Positions 1 to 9,838 of a stretch of DNA of 64,000 nt are shown in pieces (position 1 is the stretch's first letter; each line of letters begins with the position of its first letter). Where the stretch lies: positions 64,055 through 128,054 of the forward strand of contig CAVPLM010000011.1 in assembly GCA_963706025.1 (NCBI GenBank), written 5' to 3'. The DNA comes from an uncultured Actinomycetes bacterium (GTDB lineage Bacteria > Actinomycetota > Thermoleophilia > RBG-16-64-13). Position numbers and translations under genes: made by a program. Below the pieces are notes generated by a model. That model worked only from the letters and a program-made list of their open reading frames with translations. It was not told the DNA's origin and ran no database searches.

Positions 1-1325
1 GCGGCCCGGACGGGCTGAGATTCGTCCACGTGTTGGCGACCGGGTCGTAGGCCCAGGTGTCGTCCAAGCCCTCCAAGCTCGAGGATGGGTTCGGGCTACC
101 CGACAACCCTCCGAACATGATCACCCGGCCGCTGGAGGGATCGTAGGCCATGGCCTGAGCGCTACGCGCAGGAGGCAGTGTCCCTTGCGGGCTGAGGTCG
201 GTCCACGTGTTGGCGACCGGGTCATAGGCCCAGGTGTCGTTGAGACGAACACCGAAGTCGTCGAACCCCCCGAACATGATCACCCGGCCGCTGGTGGGGT
301 CGTAGGCCATAGCGTCATCGGCGCGTCCAACGGGTGACTGCCCCGCCGGCGCTGAGCTCGCCCCAGGTGTTGGTCGTGGGATTGTAGACCCAGGTGTCAT
401 TGAGGACCCCACCGATCTCGTCGTTGAAATCTCCTCCGTCGCCGCATGAGCCTCCGAAGAGGAACAGCCGGTGCGTCGACGGATCGTAGGCCATCGAGTG
501 GCAGAAAGCGCCCAGGAGGCAGCGCCCCGGATGGACGGATTCTGGTCCACGTGCTCGCGGCCGGGTCGTAAACCCAGGTGTCATTTGCGTTCGCGGCGGA
601 TAACGAGCCTCCGAACAAGATCACGCGCCCGGTATCGGGATCGTACGCCATCGCGTGCCATGCCCGCGGCTGGGGCAGGGTCCCCTGCGGGTCGAGCTTG
701 GTCCAGAAGTTGTGGCTGGGCGGACTGGACGCATAGATGCCACCGACGGTGGCGGCCGCGATGACCAGAAGCGCCGCGAAGGTGATGGCCCAGGTCCTGC
801 GGTTCCATCTTTTCGGCCTCGCGGCCTTCTCGCCGGCAGAGGCCCCGGTTTCATCGCCGGTTGCGGCAGCCGTCATTCCGTCTTCTGCCGGGCTCTCGAC
901 CGCAGCCCGGGCCCGGTCAGTTGTCCCCGCACGGCGGCCAGGATCTCTCCCTGCTTGCCCTCCACTCCTCCGCGGACTTCCAGCCACTGCCACAGGTTGA
1001 GGTAGTACTCGATCGAGGCACTGGGAACGACGTCGTCTATGTGGAGGGAGAGCACGGGCCGGTCGTAGGCTATCGCCCGTTCGATCTCGCGCAGCACGTA
1101 GGGGGAGCTGTTGGCCGAGGTGGAGAAGATGAGCAGCACAAGGTCCGACGTGCGGATTGCATCGAGAGTCCCGGCAGCCGGGTCTGTCCCCTCCTTCAGG
1201 TCGCGGGGGGCCATCCAACAGCCGATACCCTCTGCCTCGAGCATATCGCAGACGTGGGAGGCGACCTCGCGATCCTCCGCGGCGTGGCTCACGAAGACCT
1301 GATGCGCCAAAGACGCCCCCTTCAC
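1..1325 (-). CDS. TIR domain - TM - Kelch repeat protein, paralog 1 (frameshifted; runs off the window's left edge)
   Basis: ORF 873..1325 is a TIR_2-like domain (QVFVSHA...GIGCWMAPRD...SPYVLREIERA). Another frame continues with a basic patch plus TM (RPKRWNRRTWAITFAALLVIAAATVGGIYA), then Kelch blades MAYDP...FGG...NDTWxYDP down to position 1. Confidence 0.85.
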
Positions 1326-1335
1326 TGCTGTCGGA

Positions 1336-2881
1336 TCACGGAGTATAGACCCAGGTATCTCCTAGGTCACCCTCGGTGCTGGAGAACCCTCCGAACATGA
1401 CCATCTGCCCGCTGGACGGCTCGTAGACCATCGACTGATCTTCCCGGGCGGAAGGCAAGGTTCCCTCCGGGGTGATGTCGCTCCACGTGTTCACCGTGGG
1501 ATCGTAGGCCCAGGTGTCGTTGGACCCGCCTCCGAACATGATCATGAGGCCGCTGGCGGCATCGTAGACGAGGGACATAGCCAGTCTCGCGAAGGGCACC
1601 GCGCCTTCCGGGCTGAGGTCGGTCCAGGTGTTGGCGGCCAGGTCGTAGGCCCAGGTGTCGTTGAAAGTGACCGTGTCTCTGAATCCTCCGAACACGATCA
1701 GCCGGTTGCGCGACCGGGTCGCAGGCCATAGAGTGCAAGGCGCGCGCCGGGGGCAGCGTTCCCGAGGGCTTGAGCTCGGTCCAGGTGTTGGCGGCGGGGT
1801 CATAGGCCCAGGTGTCGTTGAGGAACTCGCACTGTCGGCGCCGTCACCCGACTGCCCCCCGAACATGATCAACCGGCCGCTTGAGGCATCGTAGACCATC
1901 TGGTGACCGGCGCGCGCAGGGGGCAGGGTTCCTGCCGGGCTCAGTTCGGTCCAGGTGTTGGCGGCCGGATAGTAGGCCCAGGTGTCGTTGAAACGAGTCC
2001 CCGCCCCATCGAATCCTCCGAACATGATCAGCCGATGGGTAGCCGGATCGTACGCCATCGCTGGGTTCACGCGCGCTATGGGGAAGCGGCCCCGCGGGTT
2101 TCAGCTCGGTCCAGGTGTTGGCGGCGGGATCGTAGGCCCAGGTGTCGTGGAGGAGATTCGCCCGAGCGGCATCGCTCTTGAGAGTCGGGCCACCGCCGAA
2201 CATGATCATCCTATGGGTGTCGGAATCGTATGCCATCTCGTGGCCGCTGCGCGCCGACGGCGTCCCCTCTGGGTAGAGTTCGGTCCACGTGTTGTGCCCC
2301 ATCAGGCCCGGCGACGCCATGTGGCCGCCGGTATGTGTGGCCGCCCAGGTCCCTCCAGCCGCTGCCGCGGCGACGAGCACGACGGCGGCCGCCGCGAGGA
2401 TCCACCACCGTCGGCGGGCCCAGCGGCGCATCTTGACAGCCTTCCTGGGGACACCGGCCTGCGATTGCCCCGCAGCTTTCGATGCACGGATCGCGTCCCG
2501 CACGGCGGCTACGATCTCCTCTTGCTTCTTCTCGACTTCCGCTGCGGCCTTGAGCTTCTGCCACACGTTCACGTAGTACTCGATGGAGGAGTTGGGCACG
2601 GTGTCGTCCGTGCGCAGGGCGAGCACGGGCCGCTGGTAGGCCACGGCCCGCTCGATCTCGCGAAGCACGTAGGGAGAGGCGTTGGAGAAGGTGGAGAAGA
2701 TCAGGACCACCAGTTGCGAGTTTCGGATCGCATCCATGATGGCCGCGGCGTAGTCCGTGCCCGCTTCGACATCACGGGGGGCCATCCAGCAGACGATGCC
2801 GTCCGCCTCGAGCAGCGCGCAGACGTGGGCGGCCGTGTCGGCATCCTCCGTGGCGTAGCTCACGAAGACCTGATGCGCCAT
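1336..2881 (-). CDS. TIR domain - TM - 6-blade Kelch protein, paralog 2 (frameshifted)
   Basis: ATG at 2881 (MAHQVFVSYAT...SPYVLREIERA), TM after RRWARRRWW, six FGG...DTW blades spread over ORFs 1844..2926 and 1336..2070. Confidence 0.88.
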
Positions 2882-3199
2882 GGACACCTCCGCTGCGTCC
2901 GGACTGCAACCGAGCTCATAACACACAATAGAGCAGCGGCCGTCGACGCGCTAGTGGCGAGTCACAGCCCGCGTCTTACGCCTTCGCAAGAGATAGCGCC
3001 GCGGAGAGGTCGGAAAGGGGACCGTACGATGGGCACCATGATCGGAATCGTCGGAACGCTGGGAACAGTATTCGATCTCCTCCAGGGGCTCTGGGACTCG
3101 TTGGACAGGGCCGGGCTGGGCCAGGACAAGAGGGAGAAGATCATTGGTGACTTCTTGGATCGTTTGAGGCACGGGGAGCGGCTTACCAGGCTGGGACTA

Positions 3200-3407
3200 C
3201 AGTGTCGTCATGCCTAGGACACAAGGGTCATGGGGGAGGAAACCGGCCGGTTGCTTTCGACCATCCTCCCGCGTCTGCGCCATGCTCGAGGGGAACGGCA
3301 TCGGCTGCTGGTCAGCATCGTGCGATGCAACGGCCAGGAAAGACAAGGCGGCCGCGAATCTTCAGGCCCTCCACACCTCGGACCTGGGGACGGCTGGCTC
3401 TCGGTAG
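3200..3407 (+). pseudogene. Degenerate TIR-domain remnant
   Basis: RVCAMLEGNGIGCWSASCDAT...KDKAAANLQALHTSDL resembles the TIR N-terminus of 6188..6889 (RVCTLLEADGIGCWLASRDAT...EDKASATIEAIRRSDL) but is truncated. Confidence 0.65.
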
Positions 3408-3513
3408 CCCGCGCTGTTAGCCGGAGGGGACCTGCAGGACCTTCTCCAGATAGGTCGCAGCCGTGTCAGAATAAGAAGACTTGTGCCACAATCCGTCGCA
3501 TGAGAGGGCCGCT

Positions 3514-4177
3514 ATGACCGATGAAGTCGCCGCCGAGTATCGCTACTGGGCGTTCATCAGCTATAGCAGCAAAGATGAGGCGCACGCCAAGTGGCTTAAC
3601 CACGCAATTGAGACGTTCGGCGTGCCGGCAAAACTCGTCGAGCACAACCACAAGACGCCAACTGGCGAGTCGGCACCTAGAACGGCTCCGTCCGGTCTTT
3701 CGTGATCGTGACGAACTACCTGCATCATCCGATCTGGGTCACACCATCCAAGATGCACTGGTCGCCTCGCGCTATCTGATCGTGGTCTGTTCTCCCAATG
3801 CGGCCACGTCCGTGTGGGTGAACCGGGAGGTGGAGACGTTCGCCGCAATGGGTCGCAGGGAACGCATCTTGGCGTTCATCGTAGATGGCGAGCCCTATAG
3901 TGGTGGTGAGCAGGAATGCTTCCCGCCGGCGCTGAAACAGCAGGAACCCCTCGCGGCTGACGCCCGACGGCTTGGTGATGGCAGGGCGGACGCCCGCTTG
4001 AAGCTCCTTGCCGGGATGCTCGGGGTGGGCTTCGACGCGCTGAAGGACCGCGAACGCCGTCGCCGCATGCGCCGCCTCCAGATCGTGACCGCAGTGGCCA
4101 CTGCATTGGTTCTTGTCTTCGCCATCTTGGCGTACTTCGCATACTCCCAGCGGCAAGGCCCGGGTCCGGTTCATTGA
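3514..4177 (+). CDS. TIR domain protein with C-terminal TM helix (different TIR subfamily; frameshift near 3680; possibly 3'-truncated)
   Basis: YWAFISYSSKD...LRPVFRDRDELPASSDLG...LIVVCSPNAATSVWVNREV, followed by RERRRRMRR and a hydrophobic helix. Confidence 0.8.
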
Positions 4178-4450
4178 CATTGGGGCTCACTCGCCTTATG
4201 ATTCGTGTTGCCACCCCTGGGCTATATGCGCAGGGCGCGAAGCCGCTTCAGGGCGGTTTCGCATTTTTGTGGGGCCATGTTCTATCCTACAGTCTTAAAT
4301 AGCGGCTGTGGAAATCGTTTAACCAGCCGCAGAGATGCGCACTCCGCCTCCGCTGACGTCGCACTCCTGCGGATAGAACAAAGCTGCTGACCTTAGGCCC
4401 GTTCACACCCTCCCCAGGAGCGCAAATCCCCTGATTCTGCCCCCCATCCC

Positions 4451-4523
4451 TTCGGGGTCCGGGCTCGAACCGGGGACACCACAATCATCAGTCATGAACT
4501 CTGCCCGACCGAGCCACCACGTC
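4451..4523 (-). pseudogene. Degenerate tRNA-like sequence (probably tRNA-Phe-derived)
   Basis: Minus strand GACGTGG TG GCTC GGTCGGGCA GAGT T CATGA CTGATGA TTGTG GTGTC CCCGG TTCGAGC CCGGA. D, anticodon and T arms are recognisable, the acceptor stem does not pair, and the 3' half matches the tRNA-Phe fragments at 55883 and 60038. Confidence 0.55.
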
Positions 4524-4600
4524 GCTGGTGGAGGCTGCCCGGTCAGCGGCCTGACGATAAGCGCAACCTACAGTTGACTTACCCGGCTCTGTAGTGTCTT

Positions 4601-6195
4601 ATGGATTCTGTCGCAGTCGTCGGGAGCGAGGTGATGTTCTTGGCGCATCAGGTCTTCTTGAGCCACGCTACGGAGGACCGGGACACGGCCCTCCAAGTCT
4701 GCGCCGCGCTCGAGCCGGAAGGGATCCGCTGCTGGATAGCACCTCGCGACGTGCCGGCGGGCACCGACTACGCCGCCGCTATCCTGGACGGCATCCGGAC
4801 CTCAGACCTTGTACTGCTTATCTTCTCCGCGCATGCCGACGCCTCCCCCTACGTTCTGCGTGAGATCGAGCGAGCCGTGGCATATAAGAGGCCGGTGCTC
4901 GCACTCCGGATAGATGACGCTGCCCTCAGTTCCTCCATCGAGTATTACGTGACCCTGTGGCGGAAGCTCGATGCATCCGCCGGGATCGACACGAAACAGG
5001 CCGAGATCGTGGCCGCCGTGCAGGCCGCGCTGGTCGCTGGGGCGCCCGCTTCAGAATCAGGGTTGAGGGCGGCAAAGCGCTCCCGCCTGCTGGGTGGTTG
5101 GAGTCGGAGGAAGAAGGCCATCGCCCTCGCTGCGGTGGCGACAGCAGTAGTGGCGATCGGCCTCGGTCTGGGGCTCGGCCTTGGTCTCGCCCAGAACCAC
5201 GGGGCCTCGGGAGCCGGCCTGACACCCGGCCAAGTGATCTGGAAGAACCTCCACCCGAAGGAACCGCTGCCTCCCGCGCGGTACCTTTCAGAGATGGTCA
5301 ATGACCCGACCAGCGGACGGCTGATCATGTTCGGTGGGGCCGTGGACACGCCGGAAGGCGGTCGGGAGCTCATCGGCGACACGTGGGCCTACGATCCTTC
5401 GGCCAACACGTGGACCGAGCTTGGCCCCTCGGGTCCCCCTTCTGCCCGTGAGGCCCCGGCAATGGCCTACGACCCGGCTACTCGCAGGGTCATCATGTTC
5501 GGTGGCGGAGAGTCCATCGACGGTACCAGCTCAGCGATACCTGGGCCTACGATCCGGCGGCCAACACCTGGGCGCAACTCAGCCCCGCAGGCCCGGCGCC
5601 GATGGGTCGAAGCGGCCACGTGATGGTCTATGATCCCCCCAGCGGCCGCATACTCATGTGGGGAGGCGCGGGGGGAGAGGGGGTCTTCTTCAATGACCTC
5701 TGGGCTTTCGACGCAACCACGAACACGTGGACCGAGCTCATACCCACAGGAGCTCTGCCTGCGGGGCGCTCCCAAGCGGCCATGGCCTACGATCCGGTCA
5801 CGCGCAGGATGATCCTCTTCGGCGGCTGGGCTGACGAGTCCGCATTCGGCGACACCTGGGCCTACGACCCGGTGGCGAACGCCTGGACCGAGCTCCAGCC
5901 TGGGGGCACGCTGCCGTCTCCGCGCTACGCGCACGAGTTGGTCTGCGACCCCTCGCGCGGGCTCCTCGTAATGTTCGGTGGTGGAGATTTCTCTCGTGAT
6001 TACAACGATACCTGGACCTACGATCCGGCGGCGAACATCTGGACCAGACTCAGCGCTCTTCACGGCGCGGCGCCCTCCCGGCGCGGGGCACACGCGATGG
6101 TCTACGACCCTTCGGGAGGACGGCTGATAGTGTTCGGGGGCGACTCGTCCGCGCACGGCATCCTCAACGACACCTGGGCCTGCACTTTTGAATGA
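4601..6195 (+). CDS. TIR domain - TM - 6-blade Kelch protein, paralog 3 (frameshifted around 5530-5600)
   Basis: HQVFLSHATED...SPYVLREIERA, then RRKK plus TM (AIALAAVATAVVAIGLGLGLGL) and six Kelch blades across ORFs 4601..5623 and 5602..6195. Confidence 0.88.
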
Positions 6196-7750
6196 CATGC
6201 CCGCCGGTAACGTCTTCCTAAGCTACACCGGGCGGGACGAAGAGGCGGCCACGCGGGTCTGCACCCTGCTCGAGGCAGACGGCATCGGGTGCTGGCTGGC
6301 TTCGCGCGACGCGACATCGAGCGAGGACAAGGCGTCCGCGACCATCGAGGCCATCCGCAGATCGGACCTCGTGCTCCTCATCTTCTCCGCTTCTGCGAAC
6401 TCATCGCCCTACGTTCTGCGTGAGATCGAAAGGGCGATCGCGTATGAGCGCCCTGTCCTTTCCATACATCTTGACGACGCCGTTCCCAACCCTTCCCTCG
6501 AGTACTACCTGAACCTGTGGCAATGGCTCGACGCCCCCGGCAGTCTCGAGGAAAGGCGGGAGGAGATCGTCGCGGCGGTTCGCCGGCAGTTGGCAGGCAC
6601 GCCCGGACCGCAACTGTTCGAGCCGGATTCACCGGCTCCGTCTGAGACCACGGAAGAGCCTGAGCCACTGCCGCCCGAGGACGTGCCGCACCCCCGTCGA
6701 CGCCGGCTCAGGACGTGGATCATCGCCTTGGCCTTGGCAGTCTTGGTGGCAGCCGTCAGCCTCGGGCTTATCCTCGGGCTGGGCGTGACGCGAGAAGGGG
6801 ACATCTGGACCGAACTCACCCCAGAGGGCGCCCGCCCGCCGCTCGCGGCGGCCACGACATGGTCCTCGACTCCTCTGCCGGTCTCCTGATAGTCTTCGGG
6901 GGGAAACGGCGCGCGCAGGAGACTTCAACGATACCTGGGCCTACGATCCGCTCGCCAACACCTGGAGCGTCCTTGCCCCGTCGGGCGCACAGCCTGAGGC
7001 ACGGTATGACCACGCGATGGCGTACGATGAGGCCACCGATCAGGTCATCATGTTCGGCGGATACAGCGGCCCCGAGGACGGTACCGGCGACTACTACGAC
7101 GACACCTGGGCGTACGACGCCAAGGCCAACGCCTGGACCAAGCTCGAGCCGTCCGGAGCAGTGCCCCCCGCTCGCGCGTACCACACCATGGCCTACGATC
7201 CGGTGACCCAGCGGACGATCATGTTCGGGGGAGCCGGGACGGAGGACGTCTTCGCCGACACCTGGGCGTACGACGCCAAGGCCAACGCCTGGACCAAGCT
7301 CGAGCCGTCCGGCGCTGTGCCCCCCGCCCGCGCGGGCCATACCATGGCGTATGACCCGGACGTGCATAGAATGATCCTGTTCGGCGGCGGCATAGTTACA
7401 ACTGCAAGACTCGACGACACCTGGGCTTACGATCCCGACCTCAAACACCTGGGTCGACCTCACCCCGGCGGGGAGCCCGCCTGCGGGTCGATTGGGTGCG
7501 GCGATGACCTATGACTCCGCCAGCGACCGAATCGTCATGTTCGGAGGGGACCGACGAAGTGGGCCTCTGCTCCGATACCTGGGCTTACGACTCGAGCAAG
7601 AACCGCTGGACCGAACTGAACTCGGAGACCCATCCCGTCCCGCGCTTCAATCTCTGCATGGCCTACGACCCTTCCACGGAACGCGTCATCATGTTCGGAG
7701 GGACCAGCCCGGGGGGCGCCCGGTCGGATACGTGGGTCTGCACACCATAG
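6188..7750 (+). CDS. TIR domain - TM - 6-blade Kelch protein, paralog 4 (frameshifted)
   Basis: NVFLSYTGRD...SPYVLREIERA, Pro/Glu linker, RRRRLRTW plus TM, and Kelch blades in ORFs 6715.., 7017..7514 and 7511..7750. The start overlaps the stop of paralog 3. Confidence 0.88.
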
Positions 7751-7881
7751 TGGGCGTCGACCGAATGAAGCATCTGAACCTTCGCACCATCTACCCCGGC
7801 CACGGGAAGCCTTTCCCCTGGTCAGAGTTTGCCGCGAAACAGTGACCGGATTGCGGCCCTAGGCTGCTCTTGCGGGCAAGC

Positions 7882-7912
<31 letters not shown>

Positions 7913-8169
7913 TATAGCCTTCCGCAAGAAACCACGAAGTGGCTCCCACCAAGATCTGGGGGGATTCCGAACCCGCGAGGGCGCGAGCGTCAGCGAGACA
8001 GTCCCTTTGGACTGTCGAACAGCGAGCGGTCCGAGCCGAGCCGGACGGCGAGGCAAGGACGGCAGCTTGCGAAGCAAGATGCGCGAATCCCCCCCTCTCC
8101 GCTTCAGAAAGCCAAGAACGGCACGTCCGGCCCGGCCCCAGGTGGCCGGGTTTTCGCGTCTTCGGGGCG

Positions 8170-8447
8170 AGTTCGGGGGCAAGTCGGGGGCAAACTCGAT
8201 AGCAGTCAAGGGACTTGGACGGACGCAAACGGACTACGCAACAGAATGGCGTCCCCTGGAACTCCGTCTTGTGAAATCCGTTGGATTGACGCAGAGTGGA
8301 ACCGGCCTATACTGAATCCATGCGGGGAGTGAGTCACTCTCCCGATTTGTAGCTCGGGGAGGCCGTGAAGACGGGGCCTTGCACGAGTTTCGACCCGCGC
8401 CTCGCTCCGTGCGGACACCGATTCTGCCCGAGGGGGAGGTGCGTCCT
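8170..8447 (+). promoter_or_regulatory. Conserved promoter + structured 5' leader module, copy A
   Basis: GGGGGCAA tandem repeat (8170-8194), TTGACG-N16-TATACT (8286-8313), hairpins and SD GGAGGTG before ATG 8448. A colinear copy lies on the minus strand at 30794-31071. Confidence 0.75.
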
Positions 8448-9482
8448 ATGAAGCCCAAAAGAAGTTTTGTGCTGGGCTTGCGTGTGCAGGTAGCGTCGAG
8501 CGTGGGCAGCCGGAGGAGGCGCATAGCTGGCCTCGCTGCGGTCCTATCGGTGCTAATACTCGTGCCGCTTATTTCGGCCTGTGGCAATCCCAAACTGTCC
8601 TATGTCTTCGTCGACGGCGACCACCAAAAATACAAACTGAGCATGGCTGTCGCCGAAAAGGGTCCGAACGGGGAAACGTTGGGAACGGTCACGCTTGAAG
8701 CCCTGCTGCATATTGATGCCAACATCGACAAACCGCATCGCTGTGCGAGTTTCGTTACGGTTGATTACGAAGACGTGAAGATAAGCACGACTGGCTCCGC
8801 CCAGAGCAGCGGGAACCAAATCCCAACAGCCTACTTCCACTTGTGCGAGGACCGTTTGCTCACTTTCAGCGGGCCAGCGCCGAGAGGTGACAACTATTCC
8901 GTCGAACTTGCGAGGACCGGTCCCAACGGTTCATTAAGCGTCATGCTGCTGAACACGCTGGTCGGCAAGTGCTTCGCACAACCGCGACGCGATTCCCTTC
9001 ACGAGTTGACGACTGGGAACGAGTGGACAACGACGCGGCAGCTTCCGGACGAATTCATGACGTATCTGTACACGGGCAAACGTCCGACTGACGACCAGAA
9101 CAGGGAAACCACGCAGGTAGAGGTGACTGGGCTGACGGGGGAAGGTGCGTTCGCGGAGTTGGCCTGGTCTTCGGTCACTCCCCTTTCGTGGCAGGTCGAC
9201 CGGACTGAAAGGCTTCTGGAGTCGGGCATGGACCCCTCGGAAATCGCTGTTCTTACCGCTGATGAGGGGGAGGCGACCATGGCGATGTCCGGTTCGCACA
9301 ATTGCTCGGGGACCGCCTTCGTTCGAACGTCAGACGGGTGGCCGCAACGAGCATCGATAGACCGGATGACCGTTGACCTCACTTCTTCGTGGGGCTACCC
9401 AGACGATCTCTCGTCGTCCGAGGAGGCTGGGCCAGTGGAAATGATTCTGGAGATTACGGGGTCAATCGAAGCGATTTCCTAG
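8448..9482 (+). CDS. Hypothetical lipoprotein
   Basis: Long ORF with a strong SD, a basic then hydrophobic signal peptide and lipobox ISAC. Confidence 0.7.
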   Translation: MKPKRSFVLGLRVQVASSVGSRRRRIAGLAAVLSVLILVPLISACGNPKLSYVFVDGDHQKYKLSMAVAEKGPNGETLGTVTLEALLHIDANIDKPHRCASFVTVDYEDVKISTTGSAQSSGNQIPTAYFHLCEDRLLTFSGPAPRGDNYSVELARTGPNGSLSVMLLNTLVGKCFAQPRRDSLHELTTGNEWTTTRQLPDEFMTYLYTGKRPTDDQNRETTQVEVTGLTGEGAFAELAWSSVTPLSWQVDRTERLLESGMDPSEIAVLTADEGEATMAMSGSHNCSGTAFVRTSDGWPQRASIDRMTVDLTSSWGYPDDLSSSEEAGPVEMILEITGSIEAIS

Positions 9483-9545
9483 CTGTACCGGAGGGCAGTG
9501 GGGGGGAATGGGTTGTCCACCCAAGAATAGTCAGCGAGCGACAAT

Positions 9546-9576
9546 GACGGAGGTCCTTCGGGGCCTCCGTTCTTTT
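9546..9576 (+). terminator. Intrinsic terminator hairpin (UUCG loop), repeated family
   Basis: GACGGAGGTCC TTCG GGGCCTCCGTT then CTTTT. The same hairpin occurs on the minus strand at 38466-38491 and 43277-43300. Confidence 0.7.
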
Positions 9577-9838
9577 GGCACCGGGCCAGAGATCAGGGGA
9601 CGAAACGCTCGCTAGTTCGCGGCCCGTCTTACTAGGTACGTTTCCTCTCCCCTCTGCGCCATCTTCACGTCCTCGTTGCCTTTGAGCGCCCTTCGTAACC
9701 CGGCCCTTAACGTGGCGGGCTTCGTATGGGCGAAGGTATCCCACTTGTTGTCAGATCTGCAGGTAGAAGAGTGGAACGAGAGTAGAATTCCCTCGTCTAA
9801 GGGCTGAGGGGTGACAGGTTCAAGAGGAGGCGCACTCC

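Noticed and set aside
1-7750. CRISPR-like pattern of conserved blocks with variable spacers (also 39500-40400 and 31400-32400)
   Set aside because: The repeats are in-frame Kelch, PQQ and other propeller coding units with periods over 110 bp, and there are no cas genes.
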